A stretch of DNA of 64,000 nt. It comes from an uncultured virus (IMG/VR IMGVR_UViG_3300022200_004366). Its lineage: Duplodnaviria > Heunggongvirae > Uroviricota > Caudoviricetes. A model generated the notes under the pieces. It saw only the letters and a list, made by a program, of their open reading frames with translations, ran no database searches and was not told where the DNA came from. Shown in pieces: positions 28,497 to 37,342 of the stretch (position 1 is its first letter; each line of letters starts with the position of its first letter). Location: IMG/VR virus record IMGVR_UViG_3300022200_004366; one strand, given 5' to 3'. Position numbers and translations under genes: made by a program.

Positions 28497-29170
28497 TGAT
28501 TAAAATCTTCGCTTATAAATTCAGCAAACTCGCGTGTTGCTTTTAATGTTGGGTGCTCGTGACAGAAATATCCATTATCTTCCCAGTAGCACCATTCTTT
28601 TATTTGCTCGTCCCACAAAAAAGTTAATTGTTGACTTGGAACTACATTATTACTAAACATTCTCCAGCCAACATCGCTTGCTCCCCATCCAAATTTAAAT
28701 CTATTATCCGGTAATTGATTTGCTATAAATTCTTGCCAACTTTTATGTATTACTGTCCAGTTAGAAGGTAACTTAATTTGTGTTGTAAAATCACTGAGCC
28801 CTCCAATAAATGCAATTGGGTTTTTAATGGTGTTAGATATTTCTCTTAAAATTAAATCAATACATTCTTGTCTGAGGTCAATATAGTTCTCAAGTTTTAA
28901 CCAGTCAAACTCATCAACATTATACACTCTACCCCAATCTCTTCCTGGTTCCGTAAATATCCAAAGTAATGGCATATTCTCATTAACTTTAGAGTTCACT
29001 AACTTATCTAAAACATCTAGGTTTCCATACCCAGGTGTAATGCAAGTATCGTAATTACCAATTAACATATCAGCTATACAAATATCCTGATCTGTTTTTT
29101 CTTTGTTGTAATTGTCGTTGTCAAATGCTTTTTCTGCCCAACTATCGCCACATAAGATATAATCTGTCAT
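28466..29170 (-). CDS. SGNH-like protein
   Basis: N-terminal LCGDSW, GYGN, TEP, late HEHP. Confidence 0.45.
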   Translation of the reverse strand: MTDYILCGDSWAEKAFDNDNYNKEKTDQDICIADMLIGNYDTCITPGYGNLDVLDKLVNSKVNENMPLLWIFTEPGRDWGRVYNVDEFDWLKLENYIDLRQECIDLILREISNTIKNPIAFIGGLSDFTTQIKLPSNWTVIHKSWQEFIANQLPDNRFKFGWGASDVGWRMFSNNVVPSQQLTFLWDEQIKEWCYWEDNGYFCHEHPTLKATREFAEFISEDFNQWLNKTKVTK

Positions 29171-30027
29171 TGTATTTTTAAGTCTTTCTTTTCTTGTGAA
29201 AATATTTGTTCACCGCAATATTGCTCAGGGCAAAATTTACATTGCGGTATTGGATTTTTTATATTATCAATAAAACTTTTTTTTGTGATGTTGTCGTCGA
29301 CGACGCTGAGGTATTCGACACTATTCATTAATTTTCGATCTTCAGCACTCAACTCTAGAGGGTATTGATTGTCGTATTCTTTAAATAATGCGCTTGGCCC
29401 ACATTTGTATAATAAACCTTTATCAAAATGATGACATTCTCTACTGTGACATATGCTATGTGCTTTTTCTGGATCACTATTGTGCAGTGTTTCGATTCCT
29501 TTGTCACGAATAATGGCACCTTGGTGGAACCACCAATTGTATAATACTTCTATTCTTACTTTATTTGCATCTGTTATATAAAGTTTCTGTCGATAAGGAG
29601 TGTTATCAAACTCGTATGTGAAATCACCTTCGAGAAAATCATTTATGTATTGATTAATCTTAGGTTTGTGTTCTTTATTGTGTACACTAATACTTAATAA
29701 TATTTTTTTATTATTTCTTAGGTGACTATATAATTTTTTATGAAACGGAAGTCTAAATCCATTGGTAGCAATTTTTACATACGAAGTAGGCCAGAGATTA
29801 GTGAGTCCTTCGAGCCAATCATAAAATGTAGAATTTAGAAGAGGCTCTCCTCCCATTAACGCAAATAAATTAAATTCTATATGTTTACTCCATTCCGAAT
29901 ATACATCTTTGTAGTCATCCCACTTTTGAAATCCAGAAAATTTTGTATCGTTAAATCTATTACATCCTTTGCAAGAAAGGTTGCAAACATTTGTAATATA
30001 AAACTCCACATAGTTTAATCTAACCAT
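29167..30027 (-). CDS. radical SAM protein (short type)
   Basis: CNLSCKGC, MGGEPLL, ATNG, LYKC, CKFCP. Confidence 0.92.
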   Translation of the reverse strand: MVRLNYVEFYITNVCNLSCKGCNRFNDTKFSGFQKWDDYKDVYSEWSKHIEFNLFALMGGEPLLNSTFYDWLEGLTNLWPTSYVKIATNGFRLPFHKKLYSHLRNNKKILLSISVHNKEHKPKINQYINDFLEGDFTYEFDNTPYRQKLYITDANKVRIEVLYNWWFHQGAIIRDKGIETLHNSDPEKAHSICHSRECHHFDKGLLYKCGPSALFKEYDNQYPLELSAEDRKLMNSVEYLSVVDDNITKKSFIDNIKNPIPQCKFCPEQYCGEQIFSQEKKDLKIQ

Positions 30028-30994
30028 TTAACTTTTTCTCTATGTCTTTAGAATCTATAGACTTTAACATTTCGTAATTGTGATCTAAAATTTCTTGCAT
30101 ATTATAATACATCCATTTAATTTCTTCAAGTGGTTGATTGGCTATATGTTTTAATGTATCTTTAATTCCCTTGATATTATAATACGACGGATCTTCTTGA
30201 TAGCCTTCGTCCCAGAACTCGTGAAACGTTTTAAATCCTAATTTATGCAAATTAGTTATTATATGCTGTGCACCATGTATAATAAATGGTGTTTTGGTTG
30301 CTACTGCTCGCCAGAATTTTTCAGTAACAAAAAAATTCGTACCTTGATACCAAGTCTCGCAAATAATATCAATTGCAAATTCTGAATACCAATTACAAGG
30401 AACTAACACGTTCTCTGGATGCATTATTGGATAACTTTGTATTTTTTCTTTAAGCAACGGTGCGTTTGATAATAAATGCAATGCTTCGTTACACTCAACA
30501 GAATTTGCACCATATTCGTGAATAAGTTTATCAAATTCTAGATGTGTTTTATGGTAGTCACTTGTATGATCGTAATGAAACGTTTGAAATGTTTTGTCTT
30601 TATAGTTTTTATATAAATGACTTGCTAGTATTAATCTAGGAAGTGTTGTTCTACTAACCAGGTTACCAAAATGATATTTAATATTTTTTGTTTTTGGAAT
30701 TTGCTCAGCAATTTTCTGAAATAACGGTAATTCAAACATTGCTGCAGGATCAAACGTAACGTTGACTTGATTGTATGTTTCAAGAGGATTGCCGGTAATA
30801 ATTGTGATCTTAGATAAATCAACACCTTGTCTAGCAATAAAATTGAAAAATTTGGGCAGTTCTGTTTCTTCAATTGCTGGTGATTCGCTGTTAAGATGAA
30901 CAGTAACAGCGTCATTATTTTGCAATTCAAACAGTAACTCAGCTGCCTTTTCCATTGGGTTCCATATTCTATTATCATTAATAATTAATTTCAT
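30020..30994 (-). CDS. putative glycosyltransferase-like protein (TEK-motif family)
   Basis: DIICET...FVTEKFWRAVATKTPF...LGFKTF...DEGY. Confidence 0.5.
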   Translation of the reverse strand: MKLIINDNRIWNPMEKAAELLFELQNNDAVTVHLNSESPAIEETELPKFFNFIARQGVDLSKITIITGNPLETYNQVNVTFDPAAMFELPLFQKIAEQIPKTKNIKYHFGNLVSRTTLPRLILASHLYKNYKDKTFQTFHYDHTSDYHKTHLEFDKLIHEYGANSVECNEALHLLSNAPLLKEKIQSYPIMHPENVLVPCNWYSEFAIDIICETWYQGTNFFVTEKFWRAVATKTPFIIHGAQHIITNLHKLGFKTFHEFWDEGYQEDPSYYNIKGIKDTLKHIANQPLEEIKWMYYNMQEILDHNYEMLKSIDSKDIEKKLNG

Positions 30995-31821
30995 TTAATT
31001 GTCACTGTTGATAAATGGTCAATGATTCCTGTTTGATTATCTGGACACTGACCGCAAATAGTGGCAGGCTGCCCAAAATTAGCGATGAACATATCTAGTT
31101 CTATATCGCTACAACCAGGAACAATACCGTCATGTAAATAATCTTGCCATTCTGCTAATGGTCGATTAAAGCGTTCTAATATTTCTCGCAATAATCCAGC
31201 AGTTGAACACTTGTAAATACGTCCTCTATATAACAACGGGCAGGTTTGTTGGCAGCAGTTGCCAAACGCTAACTCAGGAACAGAATGATGTGGTTGCATA
31301 GTTTCATATGTTCCGCGAAATGTTTTTACAAAACGTTCTGGTCTGTTAACTTGAAACCGTATATTGTTTTTGCCCTTCCATCTCCATATTCCGTATTCTT
31401 CAACTCGTTCAAAAGAATGAGTTGCTAATGTTTTTCCTATAAACTCATCTGAATCAGGTGTGTGTGCTGTGATCTTAAATACTACATTACCGACTTCAAT
31501 CATTTCATCTAGGATGTCAGGATATTTGCGTAGTAATAAGCCATTGGTAGTAAAGCGTATTTGGCTATTAGGCATTAGTTCTCTAATACCATAAACCCAA
31601 CGTCGCCATTGCGGGTTAATAAGAGGTTCTCCGCCCATAATACCAAAGTCAGGAATGTCTATACGTTCCAACCAACTTTTGATTTGTTGTTTTCCTTCGT
31701 CCCAACTTACATACCCTTTGTGTTCTAAATCACTGTAGTTTGTACAACCGGCACAACTTAGATTACACACCTGTGTAATCATAGTTTCTAAAAATGGTAA
31801 TATAGGTTTAGATGTCATCAC
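30991..31821 (-). CDS. radical SAM protein (short type)
   Basis: CNLSCAGC, MGGEPL, TTNG, IYKC, CGQCP. Confidence 0.92.
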   Translation of the reverse strand: MMTSKPILPFLETMITQVCNLSCAGCTNYSDLEHKGYVSWDEGKQQIKSWLERIDIPDFGIMGGEPLINPQWRRWVYGIRELMPNSQIRFTTNGLLLRKYPDILDEMIEVGNVVFKITAHTPDSDEFIGKTLATHSFERVEEYGIWRWKGKNNIRFQVNRPERFVKTFRGTYETMQPHHSVPELAFGNCCQQTCPLLYRGRIYKCSTAGLLREILERFNRPLAEWQDYLHDGIVPGCSDIELDMFIANFGQPATICGQCPDNQTGIIDHLSTVTIK

Positions 31822-32623
31822 AAAGTTTAAACCAGTCGCTGTCTTCTATAGTGCGGCATTCTTTAAAAGCATAACTGTGTTCCCAATTGTACGTTTCGTT
31901 AGTTGGCCAATGTAGACTTAACCAACGATCTAATAATATCAGGGCCTGGTCCTTGGGGATAGTAAGTCCAAAATACGAATCCAGGTATTCAAGCATTTTA
32001 GGCCAGAATTCTGGAGTTATGACCCATTCCATTGGCATAATAGTTAATTCACTGCGTCGGAGTAATCGTCTACGTAATCGAACCATGTCATAAAAATTCA
32101 TTAAATTTACCTTAACCCAGGCCTTTTCGCCATGTTTATTTTTAAATTTTTCTATATCGTCTACATCCATAAATGTGAAATTAAACATGCGTTCAGCTCC
32201 GTATTTCATTGTATAGGCTCTAACTTGCCAACTGAGACCAAACATTGTATCTGGTGCAACGCTTAGAATTTTAGCATATGGTGCCTTGCTTAGATCTTCT
32301 GCTGTTTTCATATCCATGATATCAAGCATAAAATTTTTAGTCTCTAAAATTGATTCTAATTGTGCATTCAACGGTACCAAACCTCCAATACGTGGATCAC
32401 CAAGATCCATATCAATACCATAATCGGTATATTGTTTCAATTTGTATTCGCAGGCAAACCAATTATTGTATTTCACTGGATAAAGATGGTCCATGAGATA
32501 TTGAAGTCTTTTATCTGTGTGCGCAGGGAAAAAAGTTGATTCATCGAGATGGCACACGTTCTTAACAATGTTTTTAGCGGCGCCAATATCTGCCTGTATT
32601 GCAAATAGTTTGTTTGCTATCAT
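31808..32623 (-). CDS. hypothetical protein
   Basis: 271-aa ORF with AAGGA RBS; no confident motif. Confidence 0.7.
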   Translation of the reverse strand: MIANKLFAIQADIGAAKNIVKNVCHLDESTFFPAHTDKRLQYLMDHLYPVKYNNWFACEYKLKQYTDYGIDMDLGDPRIGGLVPLNAQLESILETKNFMLDIMDMKTAEDLSKAPYAKILSVAPDTMFGLSWQVRAYTMKYGAERMFNFTFMDVDDIEKFKNKHGEKAWVKVNLMNFYDMVRLRRRLLRRSELTIMPMEWVITPEFWPKMLEYLDSYFGLTIPKDQALILLDRWLSLHWPTNETYNWEHSYAFKECRTIEDSDWFKLCDDI

Positions 32624-32634
32624 TTCTTTTATCC

Positions 32635-33546
32635 TTAAATAACGTCTATTTCACGTACAGTAGCACCCATATTATGCCAATTACTACGATAATGATGTTT
32701 AAAGAATTTGCTTGATTTTGCGTCTAGCAAAGTCATTGGTAAATCTAACCGTCCAGTTAAACGCTCACCATATAATTCAATCATTTCACGTGGATCTTTG
32801 TCTTGCGTTGTAGACCATAGTTCTGCTAAGTTATCAAACCATTGTACTTCTCGATAATCCCAGTCATCGAGCATAGTCATTGATGTGCCTTGTCGAGCGC
32901 CAGCGATCGCCCACGCTCCATTTTCAACATCAAGACCGACATTGTGCCAGATGGTTAAATGGTCCATGTTACGCTTATGTACCGCTTCTTTAAATTCTAA
33001 TTCGGTTGGCTTACGTCCACGGTCCAAACACATTTTAACACCTTCGCGGAAACCTGCTCGCCAAGCCTGAAATGGACTACCGTTCGGATACGTAGTTGAA
33101 TAACAATCATGCATTGGCCAATATAGAGGATCAAAACAAAATTCTACACAAGTATCATCTGAACCGTCAGATGCTTCGTGAGTTTTCATGTTTTGAATAA
33201 ACTCACGTGTCCAACAACTTAGTCCGCCGTTGCCGTACATGAGCCCATTGATATGATTAACCGCTCTCCAGCGAAATACAGCCTTTTCGTATTCTGGAGT
33301 TTTCATTTCTAATTGTAGATTAAAAAACTCTGGGTTTGGTAGGTTATCGCCGTCGATTAGAACAAAACGTTCTGTTGTGCTTGCTTCTGCTGCTGCTTTA
33401 TGTGCTGCGTCAGACCCTTTAACTCCGTCGACACGAACGGCCCAAGGTATCATATTTTTAATTTTAACCCAAAACTCTTCTTTTTGGGGTTCGTCGTAAC
33501 TTAGATACACAACATCTAAGTCAGCAATATCAACAATATCACTCAT
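32635..33546 (-). CDS. GT-A-fold glycosyltransferase-like protein
   Basis: LDVVYLSYDEP, AHKAAA, FVLIDGDN (DxD), YGNGG, AWRAGFREGVK. Confidence 0.65.
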   Translation of the reverse strand: MSDIVDIADLDVVYLSYDEPQKEEFWVKIKNMIPWAVRVDGVKGSDAAHKAAAEASTTERFVLIDGDNLPNPEFFNLQLEMKTPEYEKAVFRWRAVNHINGLMYGNGGLSCWTREFIQNMKTHEASDGSDDTCVEFCFDPLYWPMHDCYSTTYPNGSPFQAWRAGFREGVKMCLDRGRKPTELEFKEAVHKRNMDHLTIWHNVGLDVENGAWAIAGARQGTSMTMLDDWDYREVQWFDNLAELWSTTQDKDPREMIELYGERLTGRLDLPMTLLDAKSSKFFKHHYRSNWHNMGATVREIDVI

Positions 33547-33844
33547 ATCGTTTTAATTTCCATTTTTGGTCGGGAAGAATAATTGAAACGTCTATGCCCT
33601 GATTTACAGGAACAAGCTTCTGGTAGATGTACTGTGTTGGCCGGATTAATCTTCCGTCTACTATACGAACATCATAACGTCCAACATTGTAAGTTTCTTT
33701 ATCTACTATAATGTAATTACCTGGCTGATTATCCGTTGAATAGAAAAGCGGTTCACCTAAATCGTTATAGTATAAACGATATTCTAGCTCAACAGGATCT
33801 ACAGCAGGTTGAATTTGATCAAGTGCTTGCCAAAAGTTTGTCAT
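33539..33844 (-). CDS. hypothetical protein
   Basis: ORF-track 33539-33931; ATG at 33844 (MTNFWQ) avoids a long overlap. Confidence 0.6.
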   Translation of the reverse strand: MTNFWQALDQIQPAVDPVELEYRLYYNDLGEPLFYSTDNQPGNYIIVDKETYNVGRYDVRIVDGRLIRPTQYIYQKLVPVNQGIDVSIILPDQKWKLKRYE

Positions 33845-34628
33845 ATAATGGTTCCAATTCTTGCGCAAAATCTTTTTGGTGATAATGTACAGGATATCGT
33901 TGGCTCGCAGTATTAATTCTAAACTCACCATCGACTAACTCCCATACTAACTGTTTACGCCAATCTTCTGCCGAGATATTATTAATTTTAGACTTCATAT
34001 GTATTAAACTTGGGTATGAGGTATTTGGTAATGTAACATTTTCTACACCTATAATACTTGCTGCCATTGCGTATACTAAATCAGTGTTAGCAATTTCGTC
34101 CGATCCACCACGTAAACTTTGTTTATACACATCCCAATTTTCAAATATGTGCCTTACTTTGAAGAAAAAATCTTTTGCTGTGCGACTAACACGCCAGTAT
34201 GTAATAGCATTATAAATGTCCGGTAAATGATTTAAATCAAATATTTTACGGTAATGTCTTGATGTAGCTGTATGTTGTAAAAAATTTTTACTACCTTGTG
34301 TAAGAACCACATCTCGGTGTTCAAACATAGTCCACCAATGGTCAATAGGAGCAGTTACAATCATATCTGCTTCTAACTTAACAGTTTCTCTAAAAGGGCT
34401 AGCAGCAAATACTTGCCAATCATCTGCCCAGCCACCTACTGTAGGATATGGAAATTGTTTTATATAATCAAAAACAGGATCAGAATATTCTGTGTCAGTT
34501 AGCAAACATATCTTTGCCAACGGATGCCAATAACGTAAACTTTTTGCTAGCACACGTGCGCAGGCAATATAATCCGTATCATCGGTGTTAGAAGCCACAA
34601 TTAAATATCCGCGTTCTGCTTCAACCAT
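33819..34628 (-). CDS. GT-A (GT8-like) glycosyltransferase-like protein
   Basis: GYLIVA..DYIACA..LAKSL, SPFRETVKLEADM (EAD at the DxD position), HY. Confidence 0.6.
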   Translation of the reverse strand: MVEAERGYLIVASNTDDTDYIACARVLAKSLRYWHPLAKICLLTDTEYSDPVFDYIKQFPYPTVGGWADDWQVFAASPFRETVKLEADMIVTAPIDHWWTMFEHRDVVLTQGSKNFLQHTATSRHYRKIFDLNHLPDIYNAITYWRVSRTAKDFFFKVRHIFENWDVYKQSLRGGSDEIANTDLVYAMAASIIGVENVTLPNTSYPSLIHMKSKINNISAEDWRKQLVWELVDGEFRINTASQRYPVHYHQKDFAQELEPLYDKLLAST

Positions 34629-35358
34629 AAAGTGCCTCTAAATGTTTTTTACCCATGGCATGAAAATCCATATTGCTTAACTGTATCCAGCTCTTATCGT
34701 AATCAACACGATATACATTGTCTGTGCGTGTTAGCGTATGTTCTGGTACAACACTTTGTAATGTCCATGGAATATTAAAATGGTCTGCGTTAAAGTGGCC
34801 GTCGGCAATACTTAATGCGATGCTTAATGCGTAATCGTTGCGATACGGGCGTTTTTTAAAGCTATACAAATTAGCATAATGCTCGTAATTTTCTTCTACC
34901 ATACGCATACTGTCAAATATAGCACGTGCTGTATTGGATTTTGTAAAGTATACAACAGTTGCCCACCACATTGGAAAACGGTATTCGCCAAATGTGTTTA
35001 ATTGCTTGCTCCACCCTGTGCTAGTAACGCTGTTTGCGTTACGATGTGCTAAGAAATCTTGATTGCTGTTGAACAGGCGTAATAGCTGTTCGCTGTTTAC
35101 AACATAGTCAGCATCTAACAATATAGTTTGATCGTACGGGGACAACTCGTACGCACGGCTGCGTCCTGAATTTAACCAGGTTACACTTTTGTTATAATCA
35201 GCAAACCAACGTGTACTGTTTGTAACTGTTGTTTGATCGGTAATAATTGTGGTATCTAAGCCTAAATATTGCTTGATGTTATCACGCGAATGCTCTGCGA
35301 GTTTAACGTAATCAATATCACCGTTATTATGCGCAAATATCAAGCAACCTTGGGTCAT
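34621..35358 (-). CDS. GT-A (GT8-like) glycosyltransferase-like protein
   Basis: GCLIFA..DYVKLA, SPYDQTILLDADY (DxD), RNDYA, HAMGK. Confidence 0.65.
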   Translation of the reverse strand: MTQGCLIFAHNNGDIDYVKLAEHSRDNIKQYLGLDTTIITDQTTVTNSTRWFADYNKSVTWLNSGRSRAYELSPYDQTILLDADYVVNSEQLLRLFNSNQDFLAHRNANSVTSTGWSKQLNTFGEYRFPMWWATVVYFTKSNTARAIFDSMRMVEENYEHYANLYSFKKRPYRNDYALSIALSIADGHFNADHFNIPWTLQSVVPEHTLTRTDNVYRVDYDKSWIQLSNMDFHAMGKKHLEALYG

Positions 35359-35516
35359 TTAATCTCCAGGGCTTTGCCAATTGTATCATCAAGATCCTTC
35401 ATTGTTGTTTGATGATCTTGTTGTATTTCTAATACACGACGTTTTGGATTTAAGTTAAACTTAGTTGTAAACCAAATATTAACTCGATCCGCAATGTCTA
35501 CTAGCATTCTAAACAT
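35355..35516 (-). CDS. 53-aa hypothetical protein (below the ORF-track cut-off)
   Basis: MFRMLVDIADRVNIWFTTKFNLNPKRRVLEIQQDHQTTMKDLDDTIGKALEIK; fills the gap and has an ATGA overlap with the next gene. Confidence 0.55.
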   Translation of the reverse strand: MFRMLVDIADRVNIWFTTKFNLNPKRRVLEIQQDHQTTMKDLDDTIGKALEIK

Positions 35517-35524
35517 TTTACGTT

Positions 35525-35914
35525 TCAAAACAATTCTCTCTCTGTTAGCACTTGAAATTCTAGATTATTTTGAGCGCAGTATTCTCTCGCAGCAGCCCAC
35601 TTTGCCTTGTTAACATGCCACTTCATTTGATATCTCGGTTTAATTTCAATTAATTTCTGTCTAGGTTTACCATGCTTATCAATATAATCAACAAAAAAGT
35701 CAGGATAATAATTACGCATACGATGCTCTTTGGGATGCATGTATGGAATGTGAAAACTTTCTGAGTCCCAAAACTGTATTGCGGTTGATCGATCACAATA
35801 CAACATAAATCTACGTTCCCATAGACTACGATAGATAGGATCTTTTTTACCTAAAAACTTTGATTTGTTTGTAGGAATAAATTTACCTTTTACGGCTGAG
35901 TTCTTGAAATTCAT
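35525..35914 (-). CDS. head-completion nuclease, T4 gp4-like (TnsA-type PD-(D/E)xK)
   Basis: GKFIPTNKSKF, YRSLWERRFMLYCD, YYPDF, LIEIKP, NKAKWAAA, LTERELF. Confidence 0.88.
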   Translation of the reverse strand: MNFKNSAVKGKFIPTNKSKFLGKKDPIYRSLWERRFMLYCDRSTAIQFWDSESFHIPYMHPKEHRMRNYYPDFFVDYIDKHGKPRQKLIEIKPRYQMKWHVNKAKWAAAREYCAQNNLEFQVLTERELF

Positions 35915-36188
35915 TTAGCCATCCATTCATTTGTTCTTGCCAACGCTGTTGCGCTAATAGTTCAAGTTCTAGAGTATTGATTTGTACTGGGTTTCCGTAT
36001 TCATCAATTAATACAGAGTTTTCATCGGGGCATACTGCAATAGTCATTAATAATTCCGGACCAGCACGCCACATACCACCGTTGTAAGCAAACAACATCT
36101 TTGCTTCATATTTTTCGAGCAGAAGTTGTTTGGCCTGATTGTGATCAAATCGTGCTCTTGATTGTTTGATAATGTTTTCAGTATCCAT
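35883..36188 (-). CDS. hypothetical phage protein
   Basis: ORF overlapping the gp4-like start; ATG at 36188 preferred. Confidence 0.7.
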   Translation of the reverse strand: MDTENIIKQSRARFDHNQAKQLLLEKYEAKMLFAYNGGMWRAGPELLMTIAVCPDENSVLIDEYGNPVQINTLELELLAQQRWQEQMNGWLNEFQELSRKR

Positions 36189-36218
36189 GTGCGTATTATA
36201 CACGATTATATATCAAAG

Positions 36219-36242
36219 AAAAAGCCCCTTGCGGGGCTTTTT
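36219..36242. terminator. bidirectional intrinsic terminator
   Basis: AAAAAGCCCC-TTGC-GGGGCTTTTT downstream of the fibre-like gene. Confidence 0.88.
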
Positions 36243-36267
36243 GGTGTAATAAACATAAGTTTATTAG

Positions 36268-37263
36268 CTAGCTAACTGTCCATGTAGTACTGTTCATAGT
36301 TGGAGTACCCCAGGCAGCAGTTGTTAAATATGTGCTTGATGGAGGACGAACTACCATGGTATTAGTTAATGTGCCGTCGACAACGTCAAGTGCGTCGCCT
36401 GATCCTGAACCATCTGGAGCAACGGTGTCAGCAGCAGCATCGGTTAATGTAATAACATAAGTTAGTACAGTACTCGCAGCACTTAATGCGCATGTAATTG
36501 TAACATAGTTAGCAGTATATGGCGCTGTATCAGCATACTGACGGAAAATTGTAGTTGCTGCGCCGCCTGGTGTTAAATCATAATAACCAGTTGTGGTAGT
36601 TAGGATGTTTACTGTGCCAGAACCACCTACTTTAGTTGTGCCGGTGTACGAAGTACCAGCAATTGACTGTGTTGCTGTACCACCAGTGGTAACAATTGTA
36701 CCACATTGCGATAACAAATCCGCCCATTCTAGCGATTTAGCGTCACCAGATGTGCCAGATAAACTTAATCCAATACGAATCATACCGCCAGCATTAAAGA
36801 AATAACGAGCAGCATTTGCGCTAGCAAACGTTACAGTACGTGTAGTTGTAGCACTAGCATCCCACGTACTTGTAGTTGTTACTGTACCATTTGTAGTAAT
36901 GTCTGTTCCATTAGCAGCAGCATTACCTCTATTTGTAGTAATTGTACTGATATTTGTGCTTAACGCTGTGTATGCGCTAATTGTGTCACCAACAGTTGGA
37001 TTGGTAATTGCGGTAAGTGAGCTGCCTTGATGACTAGCAATAGTTGAGCAACGATTTAGTAAGTTTACCCATTGTGTTGCTGTAATTGTAGTGCCAGCAC
37101 TAACTGTTGAAAGAGTTGATGATTCACCATACCCTTTATCACTAGTGCCCGAGCCCCACAATGTGTTCACATTCGCTACGCTATGATCTACACCACTAGC
37201 GCCGCCTTGTACGAAAATATTATAGTGATCATCTAGAATTAGATCACCGCTTGTATATGCCAT
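36268..37263 (-). CDS. Thr/Ser-rich virion structural (fibre-like) protein
   Basis: Starts MAYT; very T/S/A/G-rich; ARYFFNAGG; lies in the tail module. Confidence 0.6.
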   Translation of the reverse strand: MAYTSGDLILDDHYNIFVQGGASGVDHSVANVNTLWGSGTSDKGYGESSTLSTVSAGTTITATQWVNLLNRCSTIASHQGSSLTAITNPTVGDTISAYTALSTNISTITTNRGNAAANGTDITTNGTVTTTSTWDASATTTRTVTFASANAARYFFNAGGMIRIGLSLSGTSGDAKSLEWADLLSQCGTIVTTGGTATQSIAGTSYTGTTKVGGSGTVNILTTTTGYYDLTPGGAATTIFRQYADTAPYTANYVTITCALSAASTVLTYVITLTDAAADTVAPDGSGSGDALDVVDGTLTNTMVVRPPSSTYLTTAAWGTPTMNSTTWTVS

Positions 37264-37342
37264 TTTCTGAGTCCCTTTGTATTAGTTGACCTATCAACAC
37301 CATACCGTTTGGTTATGGTTGGGATTGATGGTAGTCTTTATT

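Noticed and set aside
31808..32623. Possible sulfotransferase/P-loop-like start (DIGAAKN)
   Set aside because: Too degenerate to support without a profile search
9138..35358. Island as a captured bacterial O-antigen/capsule locus or antibiotic cluster
   Set aside because: No flippase, polymerase, exporter, regulator or resistance gene; contiguous and coupled with phage morphogenesis genes
35525..35914. TnsA-like nuclease as a transposon or homing element
   Set aside because: Motifs match the T4 gp4 head-completion family; no transposase or terminal repeats
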